A DNA stretch of 64,000 bases. Origin: Candidatus Cloacimonadales bacterium. GTDB lineage: Bacteria; Cloacimonadota; Cloacimonadia; Cloacimonadales; JAFGVF01. A program made the position numbers and the translations under genes. The notes below the pieces were generated by a model. The model was not told the DNA's origin, searched no databases, and saw nothing but the letters and a program-made list of their open reading frames with translations. Below are positions 28,901 through 38,738 of this stretch, piece after piece (position 1 is the first letter of the stretch; each line of letters starts with the position of its first letter). The stretch spans positions 1,280,001-1,344,000 of the forward strand of contig CAXXJV010000001.1 in the NCBI GenBank assembly GCA_963663475.2, written 5' to 3'.

Positions 28901-30888
28901 ATTATTCCATTATTGAACTCATCATAGATATCTTGTACGTCAATAATTAAAGTATTGTGCCCCATCTCATCCCAAAGAGACTTATACATTGCTAAACCTT
29001 CATTAGCAATGAAATCATTTTTTGTGATAATTAAGCAATCATAGTTGTTCGAAGTAGATTTCAGGTCTGAAGTCTGATCAATTCTTACCTCTAATGGTAC
29101 TTTTTTATTGGCTTCAGTTATAGCTAGATAATGGGTATCTTCAGAATCAACAATATCTTGGAAGGTTACATTATAAGGAGCTTGTCCTAGCTCAAATGCA
29201 GGCTCTACTCTAATATTTTCCATTTTACTTGAGCCAATTTTATAGACTGATACATCTGTAGATTGAAATCCCCCAAGAACAAATTGATAGAGACCATATG
29301 CCTTGTTTTTAGGCTTCTTAAATTTAATCCAATCTAGGTCAGTCTTATATTCACGCCAATAGGTAAGATCTAAGTAATCAAGAGCTACTAACTCATTCTC
29401 TCCATTAGGAGTATCACCAGTAAGACTTATATAAAGAAAGTTTTCTCCATGATTTAAGAAAGAGTTGGGAATTAAATCCTTACTTGTAAAAACTTCCTCT
29501 GTCTGACCTGTCCATACTTTGGAATCTACAATACCTTGATTAAGTCTTACAATTGCATGGTGGTCATTTATTTCTGAATCACTATAAGTCAAACCAAAGA
29601 GTGAAACCTTTGCTTCTAACTTATTGATGTTTAAATCTGCAGGATATTGAAGATCAAAGGGGACAATTTCCAGATTAGGAGCTTTAATTTTTCTCCAAAA
29701 GTAGTTATCTTCCCGGTAATAATTCACATCATAACTATAACCACGACCGATTTTTTCGTAAAAACTCTGAACTTCAAAATGAACATTATGATCATAGCTG
29801 GTTGGTTCTATATAGTCTGCTGAATTAGACACCATAATACCGCCATTTTCCACAGCCATTCTCGCACCTAAACCATCAGTTAATCTTAATTTATAAACAT
29901 TTCTTGAACTATAAGCTGAAAAATAAGAAGTTTCTCCTGGATTTCTTTTTCCATAAAATTCAAAATAATCTTGTCTGTCAAATGAACCATCTTCTTCTCC
30001 AGCAAAATAAATTGGTTCAAGACCATCTTTACTCTCAAGCTGTAAATATTTAGGATTAATATTTCCTAAATCCCAACCTAGAGAAAGACCAGTTAATTCT
30101 TGATACTCTTCTAACTTCTCTTCTAAAAAATCATAGGTTATTTTGTAAAGGCCATCTTCTAAAACAACTAAATCGATAGCATTATGACTGTAGCTTTGTC
30201 TGGTGACATCACCATCATAAACTAAATCCTTTCTCCATTTTTTGGAAAATCTATTATTGATAAAGAAGTCATCCCCAAGTCTGTCTATATAATTATCTGA
30301 TATGTACCAGTCTCTTTTTTCACTTAGATCACCTTGGATAGTGATCTCAAATTCTATATATTCATGAACATATAGCTTTTTCTGAAACTCATTATACTGG
30401 AAAGGAAAAAGCTGAAAACTTGTAAAATGTCTATCACCAATAAAGGCAGGCTGCCCTTTAGTGATAATCTTTTGAGGATACAGTTCATTCTTAAGTTTTT
30501 GAGGATTAGGGTTAGATTCTTGATATTCAACCTCATTATTAGCAAGAATATTTACTATTGGAGATCTTTCTAAATTTAAATTTTTGTATTCTTTACTTGT
30601 TTTTTTAATAATTCTAAGATTAATATCTCCATCTTCAGGAATACCTACTGCATCAGCAAAGTAAGGAATAATTGCTTTTTCTTCCTCAAAAGTAAGTTCT
30701 GAATCAACAATATTAATTTTATCAGCTGGTGAATTGCTTGTTTTACTTCTTTCAATGGTATAATCAGGAACTTCAAATCCGATCCTAATGTAGGCTTCGT
30801 TCATGTCTAGGATTTTAAAATCATAGCCAAAAAGATACTGGGATAAGACTATAAATATAGCCGTTAATATTATTATTCTTTTAGTCAT
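25927..30888 (-). CDS. PorU-like gingipain-family (C25) peptidase/sortase with CARDB-like domain and FlgD-Ig/T9SS-type C-terminal domain
   Basis: Signal peptide; GLYKITY, DYFEFYG, IYDEFNNG...AIKDFL, LAGDATY, SDNWY, catalytic FMGHGG and SLACY, LIGDP; C-terminal NYPNP...LANGVYFYKV...KMAIIK. Confidence 0.85.
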   Translation of the reverse strand: MTKRIIILTAIFIVLSQYLFGYDFKILDMNEAYIRIGFEVPDYTIERSKTSNSPADKINIVDSELTFEEEKAIIPYFADAVGIPEDGDINLRIIKKTSKEYKNLNLERSPIVNILANNEVEYQESNPNPQKLKNELYPQKIITKGQPAFIGDRHFTSFQLFPFQYNEFQKKLYVHEYIEFEITIQGDLSEKRDWYISDNYIDRLGDDFFINNRFSKKWRKDLVYDGDVTRQSYSHNAIDLVVLEDGLYKITYDFLEEKLEEYQELTGLSLGWDLGNINPKYLQLESKDGLEPIYFAGEEDGSFDRQDYFEFYGKRNPGETSYFSAYSSRNVYKLRLTDGLGARMAVENGGIMVSNSADYIEPTSYDHNVHFEVQSFYEKIGRGYSYDVNYYREDNYFWRKIKAPNLEIVPFDLQYPADLNINKLEAKVSLFGLTYSDSEINDHHAIVRLNQGIVDSKVWTGQTEEVFTSKDLIPNSFLNHGENFLYISLTGDTPNGENELVALDYLDLTYWREYKTDLDWIKFKKPKNKAYGLYQFVLGGFQSTDVSVYKIGSSKMENIRVEPAFELGQAPYNVTFQDIVDSEDTHYLAITEANKKVPLEVRIDQTSDLKSTSNNYDCLIITKNDFIANEGLAMYKSLWDEMGHNTLIIDVQDIYDEFNNGIISADAIKDFLSYAYHNWSNPRLRSVLLAGDATYNTTDNSPTAVYNVIPYRKIWTWKHGVTPSDNWYGCIIGDDHIAEIAVSRINVWEAEQISDIAQKSYSHIKETDYESLGSAHVTLTAGGKIDDGNDIFSQQEEIIRRRMINNDYRVSRVYTTTQTVNPNYYGSTFRLKDNIDQGTNFLQFMGHGGGRIWADYNLLNFNDIRTLNNDYYPFVSSLACYASSFDYPGASCISEAFVSEPGKGAIATVGFSGLGYLNQDLIFGTALADGYFRTELDNLGDVLNYTKAKFYVKASGSARVALTAGCVLIGDPNIPIHKPKKRLEVTTDKEIYAPGDTIRVSMNTDIPGLEKAKLYVIDKDGLIQNIAYYLPVIAGQYNHTHLIPEEADQGQFYRIRVESFDSQAVYFGEKTVGVGDSNFANISHSPAQPSVFDSVRVSCNIITENEIESVTLDYSSASSKNRTSIPMELVAGSENQYISSLAIPQHSADREITYTIQVLTSDQEMITSNQHNYIVLGPDLAVISGELINMSGIPTLKYIIKNRGNYDSQEANYQLDRLDLESSNNIQIYENILPGLAMNDETQLLIPIEDYTAGNYRFTLRINYPNSFSEITQTNNTHTIENIMNYQVIGNLGGQVTSPDKTTELVIPAGYSNTEMLYNITHTDYLSPYQQPDVQTVFVDSGHESRVYDISCLNSEIADSTGLLLNGELDLKIKYAKLDSLTNYYANNNQIKLFRWEDRYQKWIHQGGFTSTDDGTIRGRVSKLGKFTILRNKDDILPQIDPNVQEQEFTQGGYISGKGTISLVLSDANGIDVDENRFALYLNGQQVEEEDLIITQNDNNINNIPIKYHLDLPRGEYTLVVDCTDVSGNFNSLDVTFKVNTTFDIINIANYPNPVVAQAREPENDGRTRFTYTLTDDADNVDIIVYSVSGRKVMEFNNLPTSVGYHEYPRSVYGWNCKDKAGFDLANGVYFYKVIAKRGSKKVEKIQKMAIIK

Positions 30889-31031
30889 TTTATATCTCTC
30901 TCACTTTAGTTATATAGTTATTAAACAGTATTATAAATTACTATTATTATCAACTGAAAAATGTGATCATTATTCAGTTATTCAATACAAACATCATTTT
31001 ATTAAGAACAATAATAGTGATTTCCTCCTAA

Positions 31032-32282
31032 TTACTTTTGTGGCCTCATGCCAATATCTGTTCTAATAACTTTTCCTTGGAAGAAAATATTTTCGACTAA
31101 AGAATAAGCTCGGTGAATTAATTCATCTCTATCATAACCTAATGAGGTAATTCCTAATACTCTGCCTCCATTTGTCAATAATTTTCCTTCACTTTTTTTC
31201 ACACCAGCATAATAAACCTGGCTATCTTTATCTATATCATGGACTTCAATTACCTTATTTTTTTCATATTTACCTGGATATCCCTGGGAAGCACATACTA
31301 TATTTATGGCAAATTTATCCTGCCAACTTAGTTGAAGCTTATTTACTGACTTATCTGCTATTGCTTGACAAACTTCAACAAAATCTGTCTTTAACAAAGG
31401 CAATACAACCTGAGTTTCTGGATCTCCAAATCTGCAATTAAATTCAATTACTTTAGGTCCTTCTTTCGTGATCATTAACCCGCAATATAAGACACCTGAG
31501 AAGGGACAACCACTATCACTTAAAGCCTTCAAAATTGGCTTAAAGACATCTTTCTCAATATCATATCTATATTTTTCAGCTTCTATTATAGGGGCAATAG
31601 CTCCCATTCCTCCAGTGTTTGGTCCTTTGTCTCCTGCCTCTAACTGTTTGTGATCCATAGAAAATATAGTTGTTACAAAATTCTCACCATCACAAAAAGC
31701 AAAAACTGATGTTTCCCAACCCTCAAGAAACTCTTCTATTACTAACTTATCACCAGCCTGTCCAAATTTACTGTCTAACATAAACTCTTTAAGCTCTTTT
31801 TGGCCACTAGCTTGATCTTCTACTATTACAACCCCTTTACCTGCTGCCAATCCATCTGCCTTAAATACTAAAGGATAGTCACACTTACTAATATAGGCTA
31901 AAGCTTGCTCATAGTCTGAAAATACTTGATATTTCGCTGTTGGTACATTATATCTCTGCATCAAATCTTTAGCAAAAGCTTTACTAGACTCTATTCTAGA
32001 AGCAGCTTTACTTGGTCCTATTGCTGTTATGCCTTCCTGGGCCAAATAATCAACAATACCTTCTGAAAGAGCTTGTTCAGGTCCTATAAAAACCAAGTCA
32101 ATATTATTAGCTCTTACATATTCAGAAATCTCAGGGAAAGTTGCTAGATCTATACATTCAAAATCCCTTTCAATCCCTCCATTACCAGGAGAAACTACTA
32201 CTTTTTCTACTGAACTACTCTTAGCAAACTTTACAGCAATTGCATGCTCCCTTGCACCACTACCTAATACTAATACTTTCAT
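31032..32282 (-). CDS. purD: Phosphoribosylamine-glycine ligase
   Basis: VLVLGSGAREHA, KADGLAAGKGV, GPNTGGMG, EFNCRFGDPE, TNGGRVL. Confidence 0.97.
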   Translation of the reverse strand: MKVLVLGSGAREHAIAVKFAKSSSVEKVVVSPGNGGIERDFECIDLATFPEISEYVRANNIDLVFIGPEQALSEGIVDYLAQEGITAIGPSKAASRIESSKAFAKDLMQRYNVPTAKYQVFSDYEQALAYISKCDYPLVFKADGLAAGKGVVIVEDQASGQKELKEFMLDSKFGQAGDKLVIEEFLEGWETSVFAFCDGENFVTTIFSMDHKQLEAGDKGPNTGGMGAIAPIIEAEKYRYDIEKDVFKPILKALSDSGCPFSGVLYCGLMITKEGPKVIEFNCRFGDPETQVVLPLLKTDFVEVCQAIADKSVNKLQLSWQDKFAINIVCASQGYPGKYEKNKVIEVHDIDKDSQVYYAGVKKSEGKLLTNGGRVLGITSLGYDRDELIHRAYSLVENIFFQGKVIRTDIGMRPQK

Positions 32283-32760
32283 TACACCCTCTTGTTAAAT
32301 AGTCTTTTATTTTTTTTAATACAAAATTTGCTGATTGATTTCTAACAGACTCTCTATCTCCTGAAAAGAGCTCAAAATAGGATTGTGACTGCTTGTTAAA
32401 TCTAAAAGCAAAGTAAACAGATCCTACAGGCTTGTCTTTGCTTCCGCCATTAGGCCCAGCAATACCTGTCACTGAAACACATATGTCAGCTTGAGTCAGC
32501 CTATACAAACCTTCCACCATAGCCAAAGCACATTGACTACTAACAGCACCATGTTTTTCTAAAAGGTCATTAGCAACCCCTAACAGCTCATTTTTTAGGC
32601 GGTTGCTATAAACTACAAGGCCTCCCTCGAAATAGGAACTAGATCCAGAATTATCAGTTATGAGCTTCTGAACTAGTCCGCCAGTACATGATTCTGCAAA
32701 AGAAATCTTGTACTTACTGGCTAGTAGCAAATTATGAACTTCATTGATTAAATCTTTCAT
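32260..32760 (-). CDS. CinA C-terminal domain protein (NMN deamidase PncC)
   Basis: AESCTGG, GSSSYF.GG.VVYSN, GAVS, TGIAGP.GG..KPVG. Confidence 0.9.
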   Translation of the reverse strand: MKDLINEVHNLLLASKYKISFAESCTGGLVQKLITDNSGSSSYFEGGLVVYSNRLKNELLGVANDLLEKHGAVSSQCALAMVEGLYRLTQADICVSVTGIAGPNGGSKDKPVGSVYFAFRFNKQSQSYFELFSGDRESVRNQSANFVLKKIKDYLTRGCNESISIR

Positions 32761-32778
32761 GCTCTATATCTTGAAATG

Positions 32779-34302
32779 TTAGTAGCTTTTTGAGAAAACA
32801 ACTCTTTGCTTTGATTCTTTACCACACACTATGCATTGACCTTGGTCAGCGGTTGCGTCAAATGGAATATTTCTGATTGTTACTTTGAGTTCTTCTTTAA
32901 TTTTTTCTTCACATTCAACACTACCACACCAATGAGCAAAAGCAAAGCCACCATGGATTTCAGGCTTATTCTTATTCTCTGGTGTAAAGAATTTATAGAA
33001 ATCTTCTTTATTATCAATAATAAGAGAATTTTCATTACGGAAATTAAGAGCCTTTTGATATATATTATCTTGAATCTCTGCTAAAATCTCTTCTACAGAT
33101 TCAACAAATTCATCCCACTTAAGAGTTTTCTTATCTCTGGCATCTAAATCTCTTCTACCCATAAAGACAGAATCTGATTCCATATCTCTTTTACCAACTT
33201 CCAATCTAATTGGCATTCCTCGTTTTATCCATTTCCAGTTTTTCTCTCCTGAAGTAGCATCAGAATCATCAACCTCAACAATTATTTCTTTACCATCAAA
33301 AGTTTTTCCTGCTATAGCTTTAGTAATCTTCTTGATATAGTCTAAAATCTCTAGACGATCTTGATCATTCTTAGCTATTGGAATAATAACAATATGGGCA
33401 GGTGCAATTTTAGGAGGTAATACTAAACCATTATCATCACTATGAGCCATTATTAAAGCTCCGATAAGCCTAGTTGAAACACCCCAAGATGTTGTCCAAG
33501 CATACTCATATTCACCATCTTTATTCTGATATTTTATCTCAGAAGATTTAGCAAAATTTTGACCTAAGAAATGAGAAGTTCCTGCTTGAAGAGCTTTTCT
33601 ATCTTGCATCATAGCCTCAATTGAATAGGTTGCTACTGCTCCTGGGAAACGTTCGCCTTCACTTTTTTCACCCTTTATTACAGGAACCGCTAAATAATCT
33701 TCTGCAAACTTTGCATAAACATCTAACATTAACTTAGTCTCAGCTTGAGCTTCCTCTCTGCTTGCATGAACAGTATGTCCTTCTTGCCATAAAAACTCAG
33801 CAGTTCTTAAGAAAAGTCTAGTTCTAAGTTCCCAACGCACAACATTTGCCCATTGATTAATTAATAGAGGTAGATCTCTATAAGAATTCACCCATTTAGA
33901 AAATGATGCGCCAATAATAGTCTCAGACGTCGGTCTAACTATATATGGTTCTGTTAATTCTCCACCAACTTTTAATCCACCATTACCATCATCTTCTAAT
34001 TTTGAATGGGTTACTACTGCACATTCTTTGGCAAAACCATCAACATGCTCAGCTTCTTTTTCAAAATAACTTTTAGGTATAAATAAAGGGAAATAAGCGT
34101 TCTTAACACCCTCTGCTTTAAACATTTTATCTAATACTTTTTGAATATTTTCCCAAATAGCATAGCCCCATGGCTTGATTACCATGCAACCTCTAACATC
34201 ACTGTTTTCAGCTAACTCAGCAACTCTAACAACTTGCTGGTACCATTCAGCGTAATCTTCTGTTCTAGTTGGTTCTATGGCAGTTCTTTGCTTTTTAGCC
34301 AT
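32779..34302 (-). CDS. proS: Proline--tRNA ligase (archaeal/eukaryote-like type)
   Basis: RPTSET, NQWANVVRWE, EFLWQEGHT, QAGTSHFLGQNF, SWGVSTR, C-terminal zinc domain ending KSY; start MAKK at 34302 with GGAG RBS. Confidence 0.96.
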   Translation of the reverse strand: MAKKQRTAIEPTRTEDYAEWYQQVVRVAELAENSDVRGCMVIKPWGYAIWENIQKVLDKMFKAEGVKNAYFPLFIPKSYFEKEAEHVDGFAKECAVVTHSKLEDDGNGGLKVGGELTEPYIVRPTSETIIGASFSKWVNSYRDLPLLINQWANVVRWELRTRLFLRTAEFLWQEGHTVHASREEAQAETKLMLDVYAKFAEDYLAVPVIKGEKSEGERFPGAVATYSIEAMMQDRKALQAGTSHFLGQNFAKSSEIKYQNKDGEYEYAWTTSWGVSTRLIGALIMAHSDDNGLVLPPKIAPAHIVIIPIAKNDQDRLEILDYIKKITKAIAGKTFDGKEIIVEVDDSDATSGEKNWKWIKRGMPIRLEVGKRDMESDSVFMGRRDLDARDKKTLKWDEFVESVEEILAEIQDNIYQKALNFRNENSLIIDNKEDFYKFFTPENKNKPEIHGGFAFAHWCGSVECEEKIKEELKVTIRNIPFDATADQGQCIVCGKESKQRVVFSKSY

Positions 34303-34601
34303 TTTAAGCTCCTTTAATATATTATATTTTTTTATAATTTTAAACTTTAGATTTTTTGTCAAATAAAAAGGGGAAAATACATGTTTTTTTACATTGCTAA
34401 TGCTTGCCTTCTCTTTTCTTGTTACTTTTTCCATCTAGTAGCCCCTTTTCGTCAAAGAGTAAGAGGAAGGAATAGGCAAGCTTATGATTAACTTGCCTGA
34501 GGCTGACTGAATGAAAAGAGTCAAAATAAATTCTTCTTGACTACATTAATTCGAAAAGCTAAAAATGGCACCATTAAAAAATATTAATTTTGGAGACTAT
34601 T

Positions 34602-35672
34602 ATGTACAGATTCAGAAAAGATCTGCAGGAAAAAAAAGCTGTAGAGGTTAACGTACCTCACAAAAAAGTAATGATGTGTTTAAATGAAAGCACTTTAAAT
34701 CCACTTGAAGCAGTTCAAGAACAGTTGCTGGAGAACCTAAAATCTGTTCCCTTGAATAGATATTTTAATGATATTACATCCAAGCTGCGTAATAAGCTGG
34801 CAGAATATGTAGGTTATGGTATAAAAGCAAATCAAATCTTATTCGGCAATGGGGCAGATGAAATGCTTTATTATATCTTTACTAGTGTAAGAGATTCAGT
34901 CAGATCTTATGCTGTTTCCTTAGCACCTTCCTATTTCGATTATAAAAGCTACTGTGATGCTGTTGGACTAGGTTTTGAACCAATTGAACTTAATAAAGAT
35001 TTTAATTTTTCTGCTGAAGAATATTTGGATAAGTTAAATCATCCAAACTGTAAGCTAGGTATTCTCTGTAATCCTAACAATCCAACAGGTAACCTAATTC
35101 CTGATAAAAAAATTGTTCATATCTTAGAAAATACAGATAAATTAATTTTACTTGATGAAACTTATTTCGAATTTTCAGGTATTACCTTCGCAGATGTCTT
35201 GCATAAATATCCTAACTTAATTATTGTAAGATCATTCTCTAAAGCTTTCTCAGTTGCAGGCCTAAGGTTTGGTTACTTAATTACCTCAGAAGAGAATGCT
35301 AGAGAATTAGGAAAAGTAATGACAGCTTTTCATAGCTCTTTAATGATTCAAACCTTTGCCTATACTATCTTGGAGAATAAGGAAATATTCCTAAATCATA
35401 CTCAAAGTGTTAAAGATATTAGAAATAAACTCTATATCTGGATGCTGTCTCAGGATTACATAACTGTCTATCCTTCCCATACGAATTTCTTAATCTTCAC
35501 TATTGGAGACTCTACTCCTGAATTGTTTGATTATTTGTCTGAAAATGAGCTTGCTCTTCGTCCAGTATGGGGACATCCATTACTTAAAAATCATATCAGA
35601 ATTTCAATAGGCACTCAAGAAGAAGTTGAAGAATTCATGAGACTCTTCTTAAAGTTCATTGATAGGTTTTAA
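34602..35672 (+). CDS. hisC: Histidinol-phosphate aminotransferase family (class II PLP)
   Basis: LNES, GNGADE, CNPNNPTG, DETYFEF, RSFSKAFSVAGLRFGY, RISIG; could be a CobD-like paralog. Confidence 0.8.
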   Translation: MYRFRKDLQEKKAVEVNVPHKKVMMCLNESTLNPLEAVQEQLLENLKSVPLNRYFNDITSKLRNKLAEYVGYGIKANQILFGNGADEMLYYIFTSVRDSVRSYAVSLAPSYFDYKSYCDAVGLGFEPIELNKDFNFSAEEYLDKLNHPNCKLGILCNPNNPTGNLIPDKKIVHILENTDKLILLDETYFEFSGITFADVLHKYPNLIIVRSFSKAFSVAGLRFGYLITSEENARELGKVMTAFHSSLMIQTFAYTILENKEIFLNHTQSVKDIRNKLYIWMLSQDYITVYPSHTNFLIFTIGDSTPELFDYLSENELALRPVWGHPLLKNHIRISIGTQEEVEEFMRLFLKFIDRF

Positions 35673-35684
35673 AAAAATGATGTA

Positions 35685-35710
35685 CTGAGGGTACTTTAAA
35701 GTACCCTCAG
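35685..35710. repeat. Perfect 26-bp palindrome after hisC (probable terminator)
   Basis: CTGAGGGTACTTTAAAGTACCCTCAG. Confidence 0.7.
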
Positions 35711-36182
35711 AAAAGAGGATTGCAAATATTTTTACATTATGGAAGGAAACCATGAAATCTATTTCTTATATATCAAGAGAATAAATTTATATTATTTGCT
35801 CAAATCTTTTAGTAGTTGAGAGGGAGAAAATAAATATTATTTGCAAAAAGATTATATCTATCGATTGAGAATAATAAAATTTTCTATTTTATTTTCTACC
35901 TTTGTATACTTCATTATGTCTCTTTTTAGCAGGACATCTTTACATTAAACTTGGATTTGTATTAATGTTCCTCCATACATTGAAAGAAATTAATAGCTAT
36001 AATTTTTTAACTAATCTTTTATTAATTGTTAGTTGAATTTAATCTTGTTACATTCTTTGAACAATTTTTCTTAGATTGGTAAGTTATCATTATAGCTGGT
36101 TTTTTATTTGATTTTTAATAGTTGGCTCAATTATGCTTTACGTCAATGGAGATAAAAGCAATATAAGAAAAGTAGTGATAAA

Positions 36183-36521
36183 ATGAAAAAAAATAATGAA
36201 ATAGTAGATAGATTGTTAGTTAATATAACTTTAATTATTGTTACAATATTGTTAATTATGGCAGTAGGAATCGATTTTCCTTATGGCTTTTATAATTATT
36301 TAAGAATAGTGATTACTTGTTATTGTATTTATGAAATTATCCAAAAATATAAAGTATTTAAAGATAGTATTAATTACTATATTATTTATATATTAATAGC
36401 AATTTTATATAATCCAATAATTAAAATATCATTAGATAAAGAGGTGTGGCAAGTAATCAACATTATTACTATAGTCTTGTTTTGGGGAAGTTATATCTTT
36501 AAAGGCAGAACCAATAGATAG
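36183..36521 (+). CDS. Small membrane protein, DUF6804-like
   Basis: PYGFYNYLRIV and IAILYNPIIKISLDKEVWQ patterns; three to four TMs. Confidence 0.6.
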   Translation: MKKNNEIVDRLLVNITLIIVTILLIMAVGIDFPYGFYNYLRIVITCYCIYEIIQKYKVFKDSINYYIIYILIAILYNPIIKISLDKEVWQVINIITIVLFWGSYIFKGRTNR

Positions 36522-36629
36522 TTTTGAAGAGATATGAAATATAGAGACAAAGCAAATTATGTTAAGCTAAGTTCAACTATAATAGTATAATCAGATTCGA
36601 GATTTATAAAATAAGATAGCTAGACATAA

Positions 36630-37850
36630 TTAAAAGAAAGATTTAAAAAATTGGAGTAGTTTTTTTCTTTTTTCTAAATTCTTTGCGGTTTTATATTTAT
36701 CTTCTGCCCATTCATAACCATAATTAGCAGGTTCTTTGAACCATTTAGAGGCTTCACTATAATCTTTAGTCACTCCAAGTCCTGAAAAATACATTTCTCC
36801 GATGTTATAGTGAGCATCTAAATTTCCTAATCTAGAAGACTTCAAATACCAATAAAGAGCTTTTTGGTAGTCCTTTACTACTCCATAACCATTTAAAAAC
36901 ATATCCCCAAGATCATTTTGAGCTTGTGGATTATTAAGATTAGCAGATTTTAAGAACCAATTATAAGCTTCATTATAGCTTTGTTCTATTCCATAGCCGT
37001 TGAAGTATAAGTATCCAATATATAACTGAGCATCTGAATTACCTTGTAGTGCAGATTTTAAGAACCAATTATAAGCTTCATTATAGCTTTGTTCTATTCC
37101 ATAGCCGTTGTAGTATAAGTATCCAATATATAACTGAGCATCTGAATTACCTTGTAGTGCAGATTTTAAGAACCATTTGAATGCTTCTGAATAGTTTTGC
37201 CTTAATCCTGTCCCATTAAGGTACATATCTCCAATAACCAGTTGGGCATAATGATTGTCTTTTGCTGCAGATTTTTTTAACCATTTAAGAGCTTTATCGT
37301 AATTATTTTCTATACCTAAACCCTCTAAATAAATTATTCCAAGAAAATAATAAGCAAAATTATTTTCGTGTTCGGCAGATTTTTTGAACCATTCAAAAGC
37401 CTTTTGGAAGTTTTTTTGAATGTAGTAACCCTTTAAAAACATGTGGCCAATTAATAGTTCATCATTACCAGCATTTTCATAATAAGCGAGGTCATTAATT
37501 ATTATAAAGGACTCCAAAGGATAATTATGATTTTTAATATCATGATTTTCTAAAGTATAATCTTTAAGACTATCATGAATATCTAAGTTTTTTTCAACTA
37601 AGTTTATTAAGTAATTTCTATTATAGTTATTCAATGGTTCAGCCAATACATTATTATTTACATCATATTTTTTATAGATAACAGATAACTCACTATTATA
37701 ATGTCTTGATTTATCTGGTTTAAATACAAAAATATTTTTGTAATAATAAAATAGGGCAAAAGTTATGTAAATGAAAGAAGATAAGAAAATAAACCCAATA
37801 ATTCGTACAATCTTTTTTAATGTTGTTTTTAAGCTAGTTGTTCTATTCAT
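36630..37850 (-). CDS. Sel1-repeat protein with N-terminal TM anchor
   Basis: About seven 36-aa AQxxLGxxYxxGxGxxxxYxxAxxWFxKSA repeats. Confidence 0.9.
   Translation of the reverse strand: MNRTTSLKTTLKKIVRIIGFIFLSSFIYITFALFYYYKNIFVFKPDKSRHYNSELSVIYKKYDVNNNVLAEPLNNYNRNYLINLVEKNLDIHDSLKDYTLENHDIKNHNYPLESFIIINDLAYYENAGNDELLIGHMFLKGYYIQKNFQKAFEWFKKSAEHENNFAYYFLGIIYLEGLGIENNYDKALKWLKKSAAKDNHYAQLVIGDMYLNGTGLRQNYSEAFKWFLKSALQGNSDAQLYIGYLYYNGYGIEQSYNEAYNWFLKSALQGNSDAQLYIGYLYFNGYGIEQSYNEAYNWFLKSANLNNPQAQNDLGDMFLNGYGVVKDYQKALYWYLKSSRLGNLDAHYNIGEMYFSGLGVTKDYSEASKWFKEPANYGYEWAEDKYKTAKNLEKRKKLLQFFKSFF
36943..37175. repeat. 108-bp tandem duplication within the Sel1 gene
   Basis: 36943-37050 equals 37051-37158 except one position (37003/37111); partial third unit to 37175. 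Confidence 0.92.
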
Positions 37851-37976
37851 ATTTTGTCTTTTCCTTATCTAATAAAGAGCATGTTGAATCATAATTTTCT
37901 TTACTATCTGAAATTAAAGAAGTTCTGAAATACAAAAATCGTTCAGATATACATTTTTATTAACTATTTTTATGTC

Positions 37977-38738
37977 TCAAATATTTATTATATCGATATT
38001 ATACTTCTTCATAATTTTTAAATCAAATATAAGTTTAACGCATAAAAAAACTATTAAATAAAACCAATATGGAGGACCATATCTGATAATGTTACCAAAC
38101 CAATTCAAGTAATTATAGTTGTCTACACAGTAAGTAAAATGGTTTTGTCTGATACCGTAAATTACTGGTATATAAATGGCGAGAATACTAATTGATAACA
38201 CGAGATATAATAGCAAAAAATATTTTCTTTTAAATAAAAAAATACCTGCAATCAATAAGGGTAGGTATATAGTGGCCATGATTAAAAAGTTACTCAATGA
38301 ATATACTGGTATCAGATAAAAGTGAACAGATAAATTAAAAACTGATATGATAATTATCAATATTGACACAAACTTAAGATCTTGGTAAAATATTGTGTTA
38401 AATCCTCTCATTTGAGCCTCTTCTGGCTTGTATAAGTGTCTTATTCTATACATCGCATAAATTAATATACTGATTGTAAAATAGATAAATAGATTGGTTC
38501 CTTGTTCTTTAATGTCGTCTTCATAATATACTGAATGTAAATTATTATTTAAATTTGCAAAACAAAAGACATCACTATTAATTTCTGTAAGATTTACAGA
38601 ATTTATTTTCACTTCTGTTTGGTTTTTATTAATAATCAATGAGCTGGTGAATAAATCTTTAACATCAATGAATGGTTCTAAAGCATATAACCATATTGCT
38701 ATTGGTAATAATATAATAACAGATATTTTAATTTTCAT
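37977..38738 (-). CDS. Hypothetical multi-pass membrane protein
   Basis: 253-aa ORF with several TM segments; abuts the DUF805 gene. Confidence 0.6.
   Translation of the reverse strand: MKIKISVIILLPIAIWLYALEPFIDVKDLFTSSLIINKNQTEVKINSVNLTEINSDVFCFANLNNNLHSVYYEDDIKEQGTNLFIYFTISILIYAMYRIRHLYKPEEAQMRGFNTIFYQDLKFVSILIIIISVFNLSVHFYLIPVYSLSNFLIMATIYLPLLIAGIFLFKRKYFLLLYLVLSISILAIYIPVIYGIRQNHFTYCVDNYNYLNWFGNIIRYGPPYWFYLIVFLCVKLIFDLKIMKKYNIDIINI

Noticed and set aside
34303-34434. N-terminal extension of ProS, or a T-box leader
   Set aside because: It covers the promoter region; the RBS precedes MAKK and no T-box motif is visible.
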